Source of the DNA: Candidatus Moraniibacteriota bacterium
GTDB taxonomy: Bacteria > Patescibacteriota > Minisyncoccia > Moranbacterales > GCA-2747515
Assembly (NCBI GenBank): GCA_023133275.1
Contig: JAGLWU010000002.1
Span: 2,440 to 66,439, forward strand
Reading direction: 5' to 3'
Length of the DNA: 64,000 bases
The position numbers and the translations under genes were made by a program. Position 1 is the first letter of the stretch, and every line of letters begins with the position of its first letter. The notes beneath the pieces are model-generated. The model was given only the letters and a program-made list of their open reading frames with translations, ran no database searches and was not told the origin of the DNA. Below are positions 30,904-41,687 of the stretch, one piece after another.

Positions 30904-31389
30904 ATGACTGAATCTAAAGAAATAATTGAAGAAAGTATTGAAAAATTGCTCAATTTGACGGGTTTTGAAGGGGAAATTTCAATTGTAGAGCGTTCGGATT
31001 CTAAAGCGGATTATAAAAATATTAATTGCAACATTGAAATTAAAAAAGATTCAAATTTTATTATCGGTAAAGATGGAGTAACTCTTCAGTCCTTGGAAAG
31101 TCTTTTGAGAATAATTCTTTTTAAAAAAGATGTTAAAGATAGAATTATTATTGATATCAATGATTATCGTGAAAGTAAAAAAAATAATATCAAAAGATTA
31201 GTTTTAGAATTGGCTGAAAAAGTGGCTCGTGAAAAAAAACCTCAGGTTTTAAAACCGATGAATGCTTTCGAGCGAAGAAATGTGCATATTTTTTTGGAAA
31301 ATGATAAACGTGTGCAAACTGAAAGTATTGGCGAAAAATTGGAGCGAAAAATTGTTATTAAACCTCAAAGCATTATTGAATCTTTATGA
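30904..31389 (+). CDS. jag: Jag/KhpB RNA-binding protein (KH plus R3H)
   Basis: Jag_N, then a KH-like region, then R3H (PMNAFERRNVHIFLEN). yidC-jag synteny. Confidence 0.8.
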   Translation: MTESKEIIEESIEKLLNLTGFEGEISIVERSDSKADYKNINCNIEIKKDSNFIIGKDGVTLQSLESLLRIILFKKDVKDRIIIDINDYRESKKNNIKRLVLELAEKVAREKKPQVLKPMNAFERRNVHIFLENDKRVQTESIGEKLERKIVIKPQSIIESL

Positions 31390-32807
31390 TTGCTAGAAAA
31401 ATTGCTTACAATGTAGTTTTTAATGGAATTACTAAATTTATTTCCATTGGTTTAGCTATTTTCAGTATAGGAATGTTACAACATTATCTAGGTGTAACTG
31501 GTTACGGTAAATATACAACCGTTCTTTTCTACTTTGCATTATTTGGATCTGTTAGCGACTTAGGATTACACTCAATAATGACTAGGGAAATTTCTAAAAA
31601 ATCAGCAAATGAAAGTGAAATTTTAAGTAAAATATTTACACTAAGAGTTTTAATTTCTTTTAGTGTTTTTTTGATTTCATTAATATTGATTCCATTAGTG
31701 TCAATATTATTTTTTCACTACCCAATAGATATTCAAATTGGTATTTTGATTGCAGGAATATCATTCTTATTATCATCAAGTTATGGTTTACTCAACGGTC
31801 TTTTTCAAAAAAAATTAGCAATGGATAAAATAGCTTTGACTGAGCTAGCTGGAAAAGTTATTCAAGCCATCATTATCATATTAGCTGTAAAATTGAATAA
31901 AAGTTTTTTATTTGCAGTTAACTCACTATTGTTTTCAATGGTATTTAATTTTATAATAATTTATTTTCTTGCTAATAAATTTGTAAAAATAAGATTTATT
32001 ATAGATCTGCCATACTGGAAAAAGTTTTTGAAAAAATCTTTACCACTTGGAATTGGTGCAATAGCTACTTTTTGTTATTTTAATATTGACACCTTACTTT
32101 TAGGCTTTTTTCACACGCAAGAACAAGTTGGAATTTACGGGGCGGCTTATAAAATAATCGGGACTCTAGTTTTCTTCCCTGCTATGGTGATTGGATTAGT
32201 TTTCCCTCTTTTCTCTCGTTACATTAACGAAAAAGAAAAGTTCAATAAAATAGTTAACATTACTTTTAAATTTTTTATAATTATTGTTACTCCTTTAGTA
32301 GTCAGTGTTCAATTTTTAGCTGATGAAATTGTTACTATAATCGGTGGTGCTGAATTTATAAGATCAGCTTTTCCGCTACAGCTTTTGATTTTTGCTCTAG
32401 CTTTTATATTTTTTGGTCAATTATCTACTAATATTTTAATTGCTGCCTCTAAACAAAAAACTTTAATGAAAATTTTAATTGGTGTAGCTATATTTAATTT
32501 GTCAGCTAATATTATTTTTATACCGCTTTATTCATACAATGGAGCTGCTCTTATTTCTGTAATTAGCGAATTTTTAGTAACTATAATTTCATTTTTCGTT
32601 TTATTTAAAAATAATATTTATCGACCTAATGTGCCTAAAATTTTATTTATATTTTTAGCTGGAATAATAATGCTATCTGTCTATTGCTTCTCTAAATTAT
32701 TTTTACCAGTTACTGTAATATTAGCTGTGCTGAGTTATTTTTTCATTCTTTTTATTTTTAAAGTTATTTCGAAATCAGAAATTCAACAACTCTTGTTAAG
32801 GAAATAG
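31386..32807 (+). CDS. oligosaccharide flippase (Wzx/MOP superfamily)
   Basis: 473 aa with about 14 TM segments, typical of polysaccharide biosynthesis flippases. Clustered with GT2 and O-antigen ligase-like genes. Confidence 0.7.
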   Translation: MIARKIAYNVVFNGITKFISIGLAIFSIGMLQHYLGVTGYGKYTTVLFYFALFGSVSDLGLHSIMTREISKKSANESEILSKIFTLRVLISFSVFLISLILIPLVSILFFHYPIDIQIGILIAGISFLLSSSYGLLNGLFQKKLAMDKIALTELAGKVIQAIIIILAVKLNKSFLFAVNSLLFSMVFNFIIIYFLANKFVKIRFIIDLPYWKKFLKKSLPLGIGAIATFCYFNIDTLLLGFFHTQEQVGIYGAAYKIIGTLVFFPAMVIGLVFPLFSRYINEKEKFNKIVNITFKFFIIIVTPLVVSVQFLADEIVTIIGGAEFIRSAFPLQLLIFALAFIFFGQLSTNILIAASKQKTLMKILIGVAIFNLSANIIFIPLYSYNGAALISVISEFLVTIISFFVLFKNNIYRPNVPKILFIFLAGIIMLSVYCFSKLFLPVTVILAVLSYFFILFIFKVISKSEIQQLLLRK

Positions 32808-32849
32808 TTTAAAAAAATATTTAATACTAAAAATTTCAAACTCTCATAA

Positions 32850-33035
32850 TTTTCCTGTCATTCTGAACGGATTTATTTTTTCGTTAGAAAAAATAAAGGA
32901 GTGAAGAATCCCCTACAGAAAATTATAGAATTTTGAAATTACTAAAGTTTCAGAAAAACTTATTGAGATTCTTCACTGCATAAATTTTTTGTAAAAAAAT
33001 TTATTACGTTCAAAATGACAGTTTATATTAAAAGT
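32850..33035. repeat. inverted pair of TGTCATTCTGAACG...GTGAAGAATC modules
   Basis: ctgtcattctgaacggattt...gagtgaagaatcccc, and the reverse complement of cagtgaagaatctc...gttcaaaatgacag. Confidence 0.65.
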
Positions 33036-33058
33036 TTAAATAAAAAAATCAAAGTAAA

Positions 33059-33862
33059 ATGCCCAAAAACAACAAGAAATTTTCCATCATTATCGTTAAT
33101 TTTAAAAGCCGAAACTTTTTGAATGATTGTTTAGAGAGTATTGATAAATTTATTACACCTGTTTTAAAAAATGATTTTGAAATAATTATTGTTAATAATG
33201 ATAGCAATAAATTAAACTTTAAAGACAATTTTTCTTTTCCTGTTAAAATTGTTGGGAATAATAAAAATTTAGGCTTTGGTAGTGCTGTAAATTGTGGAGT
33301 TAAAGTTGCTGAAGGAGAATATTTATTTTTCTTGAATCCTGATACGCTTTTTAAAGATAGCTCTTTTGTTAAAGTTATTGATTATATTAGAAATAAAAAA
33401 TGTAAAAAAAAGAAAATTGGAATTGTGGGTTTGAAAATTTTGGAAGAGAAAAATGATAAAATTCAAAAATGGTCATGTGGTAATAAAACATCTTTGTGGC
33501 ATATTATTTCGAGAAATATTTTTAATGAAAAAAAATGGGAGGAGATTGAAATTACTAAAGTTGATTGGGTCAGTGGCGGGGCGATGATTGTTGAGAGAAG
33601 TCTTTTTGATAGGTTGAATGGTTTTGATGATAATTTTTTTATGTATTTTGAGGATCAGGATTTGTGTTTGCGGGCGAAAAAGATTGGTGCGGAAATTATT
33701 TATTTTCCGTATTCTTGGGTTTGGCATTTGGGTGGTGGGAGCTGGTCGGAAAGTGAGTTGCAGAAAATTGAGTATTATAAATCGCAGGATTATTTTTTTG
33801 GGAAGCATTTTGGGAAATGGCAAAGCTGGGTTTTGAGATTTTTTCGAAGGATTTTTAAATGA
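33059..33862 (+). CDS. glycosyltransferase family 2
   Basis: FSIIIVNFKS, DxD-like IIIVNNDS, GFGSAVNCG. Confidence 0.85.
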   Translation: MPKNNKKFSIIIVNFKSRNFLNDCLESIDKFITPVLKNDFEIIIVNNDSNKLNFKDNFSFPVKIVGNNKNLGFGSAVNCGVKVAEGEYLFFLNPDTLFKDSSFVKVIDYIRNKKCKKKKIGIVGLKILEEKNDKIQKWSCGNKTSLWHIISRNIFNEKKWEEIEITKVDWVSGGAMIVERSLFDRLNGFDDNFFMYFEDQDLCLRAKKIGAEIIYFPYSWVWHLGGGSWSESELQKIEYYKSQDYFFGKHFGKWQSWVLRFFRRIFK

Positions 33863-33910
33863 TTGTGTATCTTATGTTATAATAAATTAAGTTAATTTTA
33901 AAGTAATGTT

Positions 33911-34540
33911 ATGAAAAAAATATTTTTAGTATTGGGTTTGTTAGTTGTTTTATTTGGTTGTAGTGAGCAAGAAGAAGTAAAAAATTTAGAAGCTGGTATT
34001 CCAAGTTATAAAATTGAAAAAAAGGATTTCATGAAACCTATTAAAGCCAGTTTTGACGTAAGACTTGAAAATAAAATTACTGAAAAAGAAATCCAGATTA
34101 TTGCCAATAAAATAAAATCTGAAAATGCTGGATATGATAAATATTTTATTCTTTACTATTTGCCTGATATGAAAATAGGTGCTGGTGCTTGGGCAACTAG
34201 TAATTTTAATCCAGATTTAGAGATAAAAATATTAGGATTAACTTTAGAAGAAGAAAATAAAACCAAAAATCCATCATTAATGCCGACTGGTAAAATAGTG
34301 GGTAAATGGTTACATGAAATGCATAATAATACAACTGTTATTTTCAATGAAGACAATAAATTCAAAATGAGACAACTATTTAAAGATGGTTCATTTGGCG
34401 ATAAAGACTTAGTAAAAAAAGATGATAATATATATACTTATCAAAACGATTTCGGTGAATATGTCAAAATAGAAAACGATGGTAGTTTAAGTTGGTACTC
34501 TGAAAATGGAAAATTTGCAACTTTGCAAAAAATTGACTAA
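33911..34540 (+). CDS. hypothetical lipoprotein
   Basis: Lipobox LLVVLFGCSEQ. Confidence 0.5.
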   Translation: MKKIFLVLGLLVVLFGCSEQEEVKNLEAGIPSYKIEKKDFMKPIKASFDVRLENKITEKEIQIIANKIKSENAGYDKYFILYYLPDMKIGAGAWATSNFNPDLEIKILGLTLEEENKTKNPSLMPTGKIVGKWLHEMHNNTTVIFNEDNKFKMRQLFKDGSFGDKDLVKKDDNIYTYQNDFGEYVKIENDGSLSWYSENGKFATLQKID

Positions 34541-34544
34541 AAAT

Positions 34545-34572
34545 AAAATCCGCTTAATTAAGCGGATTTTTT
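34545..34572 (+). terminator. intrinsic terminator (AAATCCGCTTAA / TTAAGCGGATTT plus T-run)
   Basis: Perfect 12-bp palindrome followed by TTTTTT. Confidence 0.6.
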
Positions 34573-34617
34573 ATTTAAAATTATTTAATCAAAAATAATC
34601 TTTTAATAACTCAGACT

Positions 34618-35892
34618 ATGAAACTAATCCAAAACTTCACACAATTTCTCCTCTTCCTAATCCCCTTCCAATTCGCCCTCAACATCGGAAGCACCATCGA
34701 CCTAGCCATTATTCGAGTAGCAATAATAGCCCTATTTTTAATTTACCTCACCGTCGCCTTATACAAAAAAAACCTAATCATCCCCAAAGGACTAATCGCC
34801 CTATTCAGTTTCCTCTTCATTTTCTGGACAACCTTTTCAATATTTTACACCCCAGTTCTCAGCTGGACATTAAGAAAGATAATATTCTTAATTTTCATCG
34901 GAATAATTTTTCTAGTTTTCACCAACATTTTAAATTATGCCAAAAAAGAAAATAAAATAGATTCACTGATCAAATATTTAGTCGCTGGATCAATCCTCGT
35001 ATCTCTAATAGGAATCATTCAATTTTTCTCCCAATTCATACTTGGCTTAAACACAATTTTAAATTTATGGACTGCCATCGCACCGTTTTTTCTCGGCAAT
35101 TCATTTTCTGAAGCAGTCATCGGATACAACAGTTGGCTAGTCAACGTGGCTGGAGTAAATTTAATTCGAGCCACCGCCTTTTTTCCCGACCCGCACATTT
35201 TTTCTTTTTACTGTGGTTTAACTGCACCATTTTCTCTCGCTTTATTTTCAAAAACAAAAAAATATTTTTGGCTTTTAGGATTTTTCACAATCATTCTAGT
35301 CGACTTACTAACTTTCACCCGAGGAGGATATTTCGGTTTACTCGTCGGATTTACAGTCGGAATAATTTTATTTTGGAGTCAATTGAAAACTTTTCACAAA
35401 CATCTTGCCACACTATTTATAATTTTATTTATTTTAATTCTCTTCATTCCAAATAATTTTTTCATAAACAGATTTCAGTCTTCTTTTGATCAGTCAGATA
35501 ATTCTGTGAATCTTCGCTTGGAATTACTGTCAGAAGCTTGGCAAACTGTACAAGAAAATTTATTTGTCGGCGTTGGACTGGGAGCTTATCCGAAAGTAGT
35601 CAATCCACAGGCAGATTATCGGATGCCAATTTATGCACACAATACATATTTAGATATTTGGGTTGAATTAGGACTAATAGGCTTCTTACTATTTTTAATT
35701 TTATTATTTACTCTTTTAATTATTTTTTATAAAAACAGAGAGAAAACTTTTCCTAAATTTGCTATAATAAGCTTAAGTATTTTCATGGGACATTTAATTT
35801 TCGACACGCCAATTTTTTCCGTTCACATTTTTCCTGTTTTTATTTTTATAGTTGCTCTAGGTTCTTTTTATGAAAATGAAATTAGTAACTAG
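34618..35892 (+). CDS. O-antigen ligase-like (Wzy_C) membrane protein
   Basis: AHNTYLDIWVELGLIGFLLFL is the Wzy_C signature. Twelve TM segments. Confidence 0.7.
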   Translation: MKLIQNFTQFLLFLIPFQFALNIGSTIDLAIIRVAIIALFLIYLTVALYKKNLIIPKGLIALFSFLFIFWTTFSIFYTPVLSWTLRKIIFLIFIGIIFLVFTNILNYAKKENKIDSLIKYLVAGSILVSLIGIIQFFSQFILGLNTILNLWTAIAPFFLGNSFSEAVIGYNSWLVNVAGVNLIRATAFFPDPHIFSFYCGLTAPFSLALFSKTKKYFWLLGFFTIILVDLLTFTRGGYFGLLVGFTVGIILFWSQLKTFHKHLATLFIILFILILFIPNNFFINRFQSSFDQSDNSVNLRLELLSEAWQTVQENLFVGVGLGAYPKVVNPQADYRMPIYAHNTYLDIWVELGLIGFLLFLILLFTLLIIFYKNREKTFPKFAIISLSIFMGHLIFDTPIFSVHIFPVFIFIVALGSFYENEISN

Positions 35893-35987
35893 TCATCAGT
35901 AATCCGTAACTAAAAAAATTTTAAATGTGCTTTTTTATCATACTCTTATCATAAGACTTTTCATTTATCTTAGTGAAATTTTTCTAA

Positions 35988-36022
35988 TTCGTAAAAACGT
36001 AGCACTGCTACGTTTCTACGAA
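35988..36022. repeat. REP hairpin 3 (GTAG head on the minus strand: GTAGAAACGTAGCAG TGCTACGTTTTTAC)
   Basis: Compensatory change relative to REP1: GTTGCA/TGCAAC becomes GTAGCA/TGCTAC. Confidence 0.7.
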
Positions 36023-36025
36023 TAG

Positions 36026-36158
36026 AGAAGAAAATATATTTTCCGAAATGACTGCTCGAGTAACTACAAAGGATCACTCCTATAAAATATATGAAAAGCC
36101 CGTGTAGCGAACATTTAAACTCTTTTAAAAAAACAGTGGGTCATGACCCACTGTTCAA
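36026..36158. repeat. composite repeat: inverted TGTCATTTCGGAAAATA end plus GCCCGTGTAGCG module plus palindrome CAGTGGGTCATGACCCACTG
   Basis: The palindrome carries paired substitutions relative to CAAGGGGTCATGACCCCTTG, so the hairpin is preserved. Confidence 0.7.
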
Positions 36159-36168
36159 AAATAAATTT

Positions 36169-37377
36169 ATGCAAAAATTAATCAAAAAAAATATAACAAT
36201 TGACATTTTATTATTTCTCTCAATAATATCAATTCCCCTTTATCAAATAAGAGTAAATATTTTTATCACATCTTTAAGTTTATTGAGTCTCGCAGAATTA
36301 ATTTTAATAATGTTTGGTATTTTTATTTACAGGAGAGAATTAAAAATTATTTATTTAAAAGAAAAATATTTTTTTAATTTAATTTTAAGTCTTTTGGCAA
36401 TTTTATTATTAAGCGTTTTAAAAACAAACACTATTCACGCTTACGGAATTTTTATAGAATGGTTTCTCCTTCCAATATTAGCCAGTTTTATTATTTTAAT
36501 TTACTTGCGACAAAATGAAAATAAAATTTTGTTATTAAAAAAAATGATAACTTTTATTTTTTTTGCTGTTTCTGTAGTGGCTTTATTTTATTGGTTCAAA
36601 AAAGATTTAACTTTTGATGATCGTTTAAAAACCTTTTATCTTTCTCCAAATCATTTGGCAATGTTTATTTCTTCAACAATATTTATTGTTTTTAGTTTAA
36701 TTTATGAAATTAAAAATAAGTTAATAAAAATTTTGTTAGCAATAATAATTTTAATTGGAATATTAATTTTATTTAAAACTAATTCGATTATTAATTTACT
36801 GGCAGTTTTTATGGCTATTAATATTTACTTGATTTATTTTTATCGTAAAAGTTTTATTTTAATAGTAAGTATATTTTTAACAATAAGTTTAATTTTTATT
36901 TCTGTTCAACATAAAATTCCAAATGTTGAAACTGTTTTTAAAAAAAATTCTGGCAGTTCCAGATTAGTTATTTACACCGTTTCATTAAATTTAGCAAGAA
37001 AAAATTTGTTTATTGGAAAAAATTTAGGCAATTTTCAAAATAAATATTTAGCACAACAACAATTTTACCCGCCGTATCCAGAATGGGCAGTGCCAACTCC
37101 TCATAATTTCATTTTGATGAATTTGTTTTCTGGCGGACTTATTTTTACAATATTGTTTATTTTAATAATTGTTTATTGGATTTTTAAGATGTTTATTAAA
37201 TTAGGAAAAGCAAAAAATAAACAAAAAATTATTTTTCTTTATATTTTAACAATACTTGTAATTATCATTCAAGGAATTTTTGATACGCCATATTGGAAAA
37301 ACGATTTGTCTTTCATTTTTTGGATTGTGATAATTTTAGGTTTAAGTGAAAAAAGTTTTTTAAAATTAAAAACGTAG
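36169..37377 (+). CDS. O-antigen ligase-like (Wzy_C) membrane protein; start trimmed to ATG at 36169
   Basis: PHNFILMNLFSGGLIFTILFIL Wzy_C-like motif. The 5' extension to 36091 only translates the intergenic repeat. Confidence 0.65.
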   Translation: MQKLIKKNITIDILLFLSIISIPLYQIRVNIFITSLSLLSLAELILIMFGIFIYRRELKIIYLKEKYFFNLILSLLAILLLSVLKTNTIHAYGIFIEWFLLPILASFIILIYLRQNENKILLLKKMITFIFFAVSVVALFYWFKKDLTFDDRLKTFYLSPNHLAMFISSTIFIVFSLIYEIKNKLIKILLAIIILIGILILFKTNSIINLLAVFMAINIYLIYFYRKSFILIVSIFLTISLIFISVQHKIPNVETVFKKNSGSSRLVIYTVSLNLARKNLFIGKNLGNFQNKYLAQQQFYPPYPEWAVPTPHNFILMNLFSGGLIFTILFILIIVYWIFKMFIKLGKAKNKQKIIFLYILTILVIIIQGIFDTPYWKNDLSFIFWIVIILGLSEKSFLKLKT

Positions 37378-37394
37378 CAGTACTACGTTTCTAC
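37367..37394. repeat. REP hairpin 4 (minus-strand GTAGAAACGTAGTACTGCTACGTTTTT)
   Basis: AAACGTAG/CTACGTTT stem. Confidence 0.65.
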
Positions 37395-37428
37395 ATTAAG
37401 ATATTTCGTAATATTTCAATAAATCTAA

Positions 37429-38562
37429 TTAATCCATGCTCAAACGATACAATAAACCATTTGCTCGATTGATAAAAAATAAGGCATCTTCAGTTTTTGA
37501 AAGAAATAAATTAGTAGCATCAAGTTGCTCAATTAATTCTTCTAATTTAACTAATCGTTCTTTTTTTCCTGTCGCTATTTCCATTTTCCAGAAAGTATCT
37601 TGAGTAACAAACTTTTTATTCAAATAATCATTCGGCATCACACTTCCGTCAGAGACACCGCTTGGCTGAGCATAATAAATTGTTTTACTATCTTTGCTCC
37701 ACACCACTTTTTGAATTAAGGTAGGAATCTGTAAATCTTGAAATTCTTCACCTTGACTATTAGCAATTCCTAAATTCATTTTCTGTCCTCCTTCTTCATT
37801 AACATAACTCACAATAAATTTACTTCCATCAGGAGAAAACAAAAAATCTGCACCAAATTTATCACCAAATATTTTTTGCGGTTCACTAAGACTGGTTATA
37901 TTTGTTTTAAATAATTTTGTTATTGAAGAAGAATCTGGTTTTGACCAAAAAGCTATTTGAATAGAATGAGGAATACTTTGAAATGAAACGTGCCGAAAAT
38001 CTAAATTAACAATTTTTTTCCAATTAGATCCATCAAGATTGGCTGAATTTAAAGAACGTTCCTTTTTATTTTCATCAAAATATTTGTAAATAATCTTATC
38101 ATTTATGTTTGACCAACCAGCCGAATCGATATTTTCCTTTAAATTAATTTGCTCTCCAGTTTGATGATTATTAATTACAATATGACCATCACTAAAAGTT
38201 ATAATAGCAAGCTGAGAATCATTAGACCAATCAATGGATTTAATATTGAGTAGTTTTTCATCACTAATTTTAGTAGCATTAGTGCCTCTTTCAGTTATAT
38301 TCCACAAAGTTCCATCGAGATTACTGTAATAATAAATTGATCCATCCTTAATATTCACAGCGGCTGAAATAACCGTTCCACTAGTCATACTAGCTATTTT
38401 TAAACTGACTGTTTCTAATGACTCAAAACTTTTTTCTTTTATTGGTTCATTTTTAATAATTTTTTCTGGAGATTTTTTAAAAACTAGAAAATAAATTCCC
38501 GAAAAAATACTTATAAAAACCATGATTACAGCGGAAATAATAAATATTTTTTTTAATAACAT
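37429..38562 (-). CDS. membrane-anchored beta-propeller-like protein (TolB/PD40-like repeats)
   Basis: N-terminal TM, then repeated beta-rich segments containing W/Y...D/G. Confidence 0.45.
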   Translation of the reverse strand: MLLKKIFIISAVIMVFISIFSGIYFLVFKKSPEKIIKNEPIKEKSFESLETVSLKIASMTSGTVISAAVNIKDGSIYYYSNLDGTLWNITERGTNATKISDEKLLNIKSIDWSNDSQLAIITFSDGHIVINNHQTGEQINLKENIDSAGWSNINDKIIYKYFDENKKERSLNSANLDGSNWKKIVNLDFRHVSFQSIPHSIQIAFWSKPDSSSITKLFKTNITSLSEPQKIFGDKFGADFLFSPDGSKFIVSYVNEEGGQKMNLGIANSQGEEFQDLQIPTLIQKVVWSKDSKTIYYAQPSGVSDGSVMPNDYLNKKFVTQDTFWKMEIATGKKERLVKLEELIEQLDATNLFLSKTEDALFFINRANGLLYRLSMD

Positions 38563-38819
38563 AGTAAATTTTTATTTATGATGAATGATAAAATTCTTTT
38601 TAAAAATAATGAGTTTTTAAAAAATTTTTAAATTAATACTTTTTAAACTGAGATCTTTTATGATCTGTTTTTTTAAACAAACTTTTTCAAAAAAACTTAT
38701 TTTTTTATTTAAATTAAAGCGAAATAATTTAAAATTTAAAGTCTCTAAAAAAGTTTAATTAAATAGAAAAATTAAAACTTCTTTAGTTAAAAATAATCTT
38801 ACTCAAAAAAAATTCAAAA

Positions 38820-41687
38820 CTATCGATTATTATAAGAAGTAAAACTTAATGCTAAATGAGAAACAAATAACATAACACTGACCATTAAAACCATTTTTAA
38901 AAGAAAAAAGAAATAGGCAGGCGTATTGCTAGCGGTTGTGGCAAAAAATCCGATTGCTTTATTTTTACTCACTGCCTCATCATTATTGCCTGCAACTAAT
39001 CTAACACTTGTACTCATATAAAAATCTGAAATGTCATATTGATTAATGCCAAAAATATTAGCTAAAGCTTCTTTTTTATCAGGTCTATAAACTGCTTTAA
39101 GACTTAAGTTAGTACTTGATTCTGGAACAATTTGTAAAGTTTTTTCATAACTTTTGTCTCCATTAAATTCCCATTCTGTTACTAAATTAGAATCAATAAA
39201 GCTTGGCGTGGTAACAACTTTGAAATCAACGCTATTACCTTCTTCTATTATTTCAATAATTCTATCACTCTTATCTGGAAATTTATTACCTTGCACATCT
39301 ACATAATTTCCTGAAAATTTATAATCAGCATTTTTTATTGGCTTAGCAATTATTTTAGGTTCAACTATTCTAAATTTTCTTGGAACAACTTGATAACCGT
39401 GAGTGTTTTCACTTGGATCATTGTAAACAGCGATAACTTCTACATAATCACCGACATCGCCAACCACAGGAAAAAATATTTTATTTGTATTTGTCTCATC
39501 AATACATTCACTAGAGACACTACTATTACAGGAATAATCTTGACCATTAACTGTCCAAGAAATTAAATCTTCAGTACCATCTTCGGGAATAAACATTTCT
39601 ATTCCAATAATTTCTCCTCTGACCACTCGACAAAGTGCTTCATCAATACCGTCTCCACAAATTTCCTCTTTACTAGAAACAGTTTGTCCATCAGAAGTTG
39701 TTGAATAAGCTTTTAACCGTCCTCCTGATTTTTGAATTGGAATTATTATTGAATTCATTCCATAACTACTAGTATTTCCTTTAAAATTTGTATTGGCTTG
39801 TAGAGTCGTGCAGGCATACCCTCTTCCACCACTGTCAAAGCAAGAATCTGGAAAATCTGCTTCCATATTGAAGGAATTTATATTGTTTCCTTTTGTTTTA
39901 TTGAATATATTACCCGCTTCACGCATTTCTTGAGTAACATCATCACCCTCTTCACAAACAGTATTTTCATTATCTCCACATTTAATATTCCACTGATAAT
40001 GTAATTGTGTTGGATTAAGATTTTTTCCACTATCACTTTTAATTCCAACGTTAAATTCTATTGTGCTACCTACTCCACTTGTTGCAACTAAGTCTCCCCA
40101 ATTTGAAGTTAATGAGAGATTTAATGCATCATATTCACTTGACCCAGGTTCAACTAAATTATCTGCCAAACATTTATTTATTTTTTTATTAGTCATTGCA
40201 GCTGTTGGAACTAATAATTGCTTTCCCTTTACATCTGTCATGTATCCGCCCATTTCCTCTAAATCACAACCTCCCGCCATAAATGAAAAAATTGGCATAA
40301 ATCCTCCACCGTCATCAGTACTATCTTCATCATAATGCGGAGTTGGAGTAGTTGAAAGACCTTCAACTATAACACCAATTCTATCTCCTGGTGAATATTT
40401 AAAAGTTAATTCACTAACACCCTTTCCTCTTATCAAATCTATATCTGGAATACCTAAACTAGTCGTCGCTATTGATGTTGGATCCATACCCAAACTTATT
40501 TTTGTAATCGAATCTAAGGTATTTCCTAAGCCAAGTATTTTTCCATCAAGTCTTGGAAATAAATGCATTTCATCTGAATCATAAGGTTCAAAATCTTCTT
40601 CACTATCTGCACTTACTTCACAATTACTTTCTCCCGGAATACCAGCATTACAATCATTTGCAAGATCTGACGCCTCACAACTTCCATTTTCATAAGAAGA
40701 TGCATCATCAATACTGTAACTATAACTATTCCCCGCTGCTGTTTCACAATTTACAGTAAAAGATCCTGTCTTACCTAAACCTCTTTGAAACATTATTCGG
40801 TTATCTGTTTCCATTCCTCGATATGAAAAACCGCTATCACAACTCACAATATTAGGAGAAGCTGGACATAATATTAAAACGGAATAAGGAACATTTTCAT
40901 CTGAACCATCGGGATTATAATGATGAAAACCAGTATCTGAACCATAATTACGACCGTCTTCTGGACCTGGACACCTACCACCATCTGAGGGCTCATCGTA
41001 ACATTCTTCATAAGATATTTCATCGGCTTCTCCTAATTGATAAAATTTTCCGGCTCCTCCATGCATGTATAAAAGAGCATTTTTCACATCCCTATTATTG
41101 TCTCCACCAAAAAAAGCATCTGCAACTTCAAAAGTTTTTTCTGGTATTTCAAACGGATCTAATATTCCATTACCATTACCGCCATTAAAAATTTGATCAT
41201 GCACCAATGGATTAAAATTAGAATTGGCTTTTATATTTTCTTTTATTGCTCTAAGTTTTCCCTCATTTATAACAGCAGGATCACTTGGATCTGCACCTTC
41301 TGGTATAATGTACCAGGTAAAATAGGCATTTTCATGATTACTTATTCCATCAACAGCAGCAGTTGCTGTAAGATTTTCACCAGCTCTAATTGTTCCTTCA
41401 AAATTTATATTTATTTCTGGTTTTTTTACTTTTCCATCCATTAAATTTAATTGTTCGGTTAGTGGCTCAAGAGATTGCTTTATGTTTATATCAAGCATAT
41501 CTTCGAGAGCTGTTCTTATCGCATCACCAATAGGATCACTAATACCACCTGCTATATTAACAGTTTCAGTTTCTTCTTCATCATCAGCAGCTTGGATAGA
41601 ATAAATTGGTGTTCCAGAAAAGATTAAAATTTCGAAAATAATAAATAGCGAAAATAACTTTTTTTTAAAAACTTTTTGTTTTTTCAT
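38820..41687 (-). CDS. giant Cys-rich secreted or surface protein (955 aa) with a signal peptide and a C-terminal TM anchor
   Basis: Signal MKKQKVFKKKLFSLFIIFEILIFSGTPIYSIQA, more than 30 Cys, C-terminal FFFLLKMVLMVSVMLFVSHL. Part of the T4SS-like block. Confidence 0.6.
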   Translation of the reverse strand: MKKQKVFKKKLFSLFIIFEILIFSGTPIYSIQAADDEEETETVNIAGGISDPIGDAIRTALEDMLDINIKQSLEPLTEQLNLMDGKVKKPEININFEGTIRAGENLTATAAVDGISNHENAYFTWYIIPEGADPSDPAVINEGKLRAIKENIKANSNFNPLVHDQIFNGGNGNGILDPFEIPEKTFEVADAFFGGDNNRDVKNALLYMHGGAGKFYQLGEADEISYEECYDEPSDGGRCPGPEDGRNYGSDTGFHHYNPDGSDENVPYSVLILCPASPNIVSCDSGFSYRGMETDNRIMFQRGLGKTGSFTVNCETAAGNSYSYSIDDASSYENGSCEASDLANDCNAGIPGESNCEVSADSEEDFEPYDSDEMHLFPRLDGKILGLGNTLDSITKISLGMDPTSIATTSLGIPDIDLIRGKGVSELTFKYSPGDRIGVIVEGLSTTPTPHYDEDSTDDGGGFMPIFSFMAGGCDLEEMGGYMTDVKGKQLLVPTAAMTNKKINKCLADNLVEPGSSEYDALNLSLTSNWGDLVATSGVGSTIEFNVGIKSDSGKNLNPTQLHYQWNIKCGDNENTVCEEGDDVTQEMREAGNIFNKTKGNNINSFNMEADFPDSCFDSGGRGYACTTLQANTNFKGNTSSYGMNSIIIPIQKSGGRLKAYSTTSDGQTVSSKEEICGDGIDEALCRVVRGEIIGIEMFIPEDGTEDLISWTVNGQDYSCNSSVSSECIDETNTNKIFFPVVGDVGDYVEVIAVYNDPSENTHGYQVVPRKFRIVEPKIIAKPIKNADYKFSGNYVDVQGNKFPDKSDRIIEIIEEGNSVDFKVVTTPSFIDSNLVTEWEFNGDKSYEKTLQIVPESSTNLSLKAVYRPDKKEALANIFGINQYDISDFYMSTSVRLVAGNNDEAVSKNKAIGFFATTASNTPAYFFFLLKMVLMVSVMLFVSHLALSFTSYNNR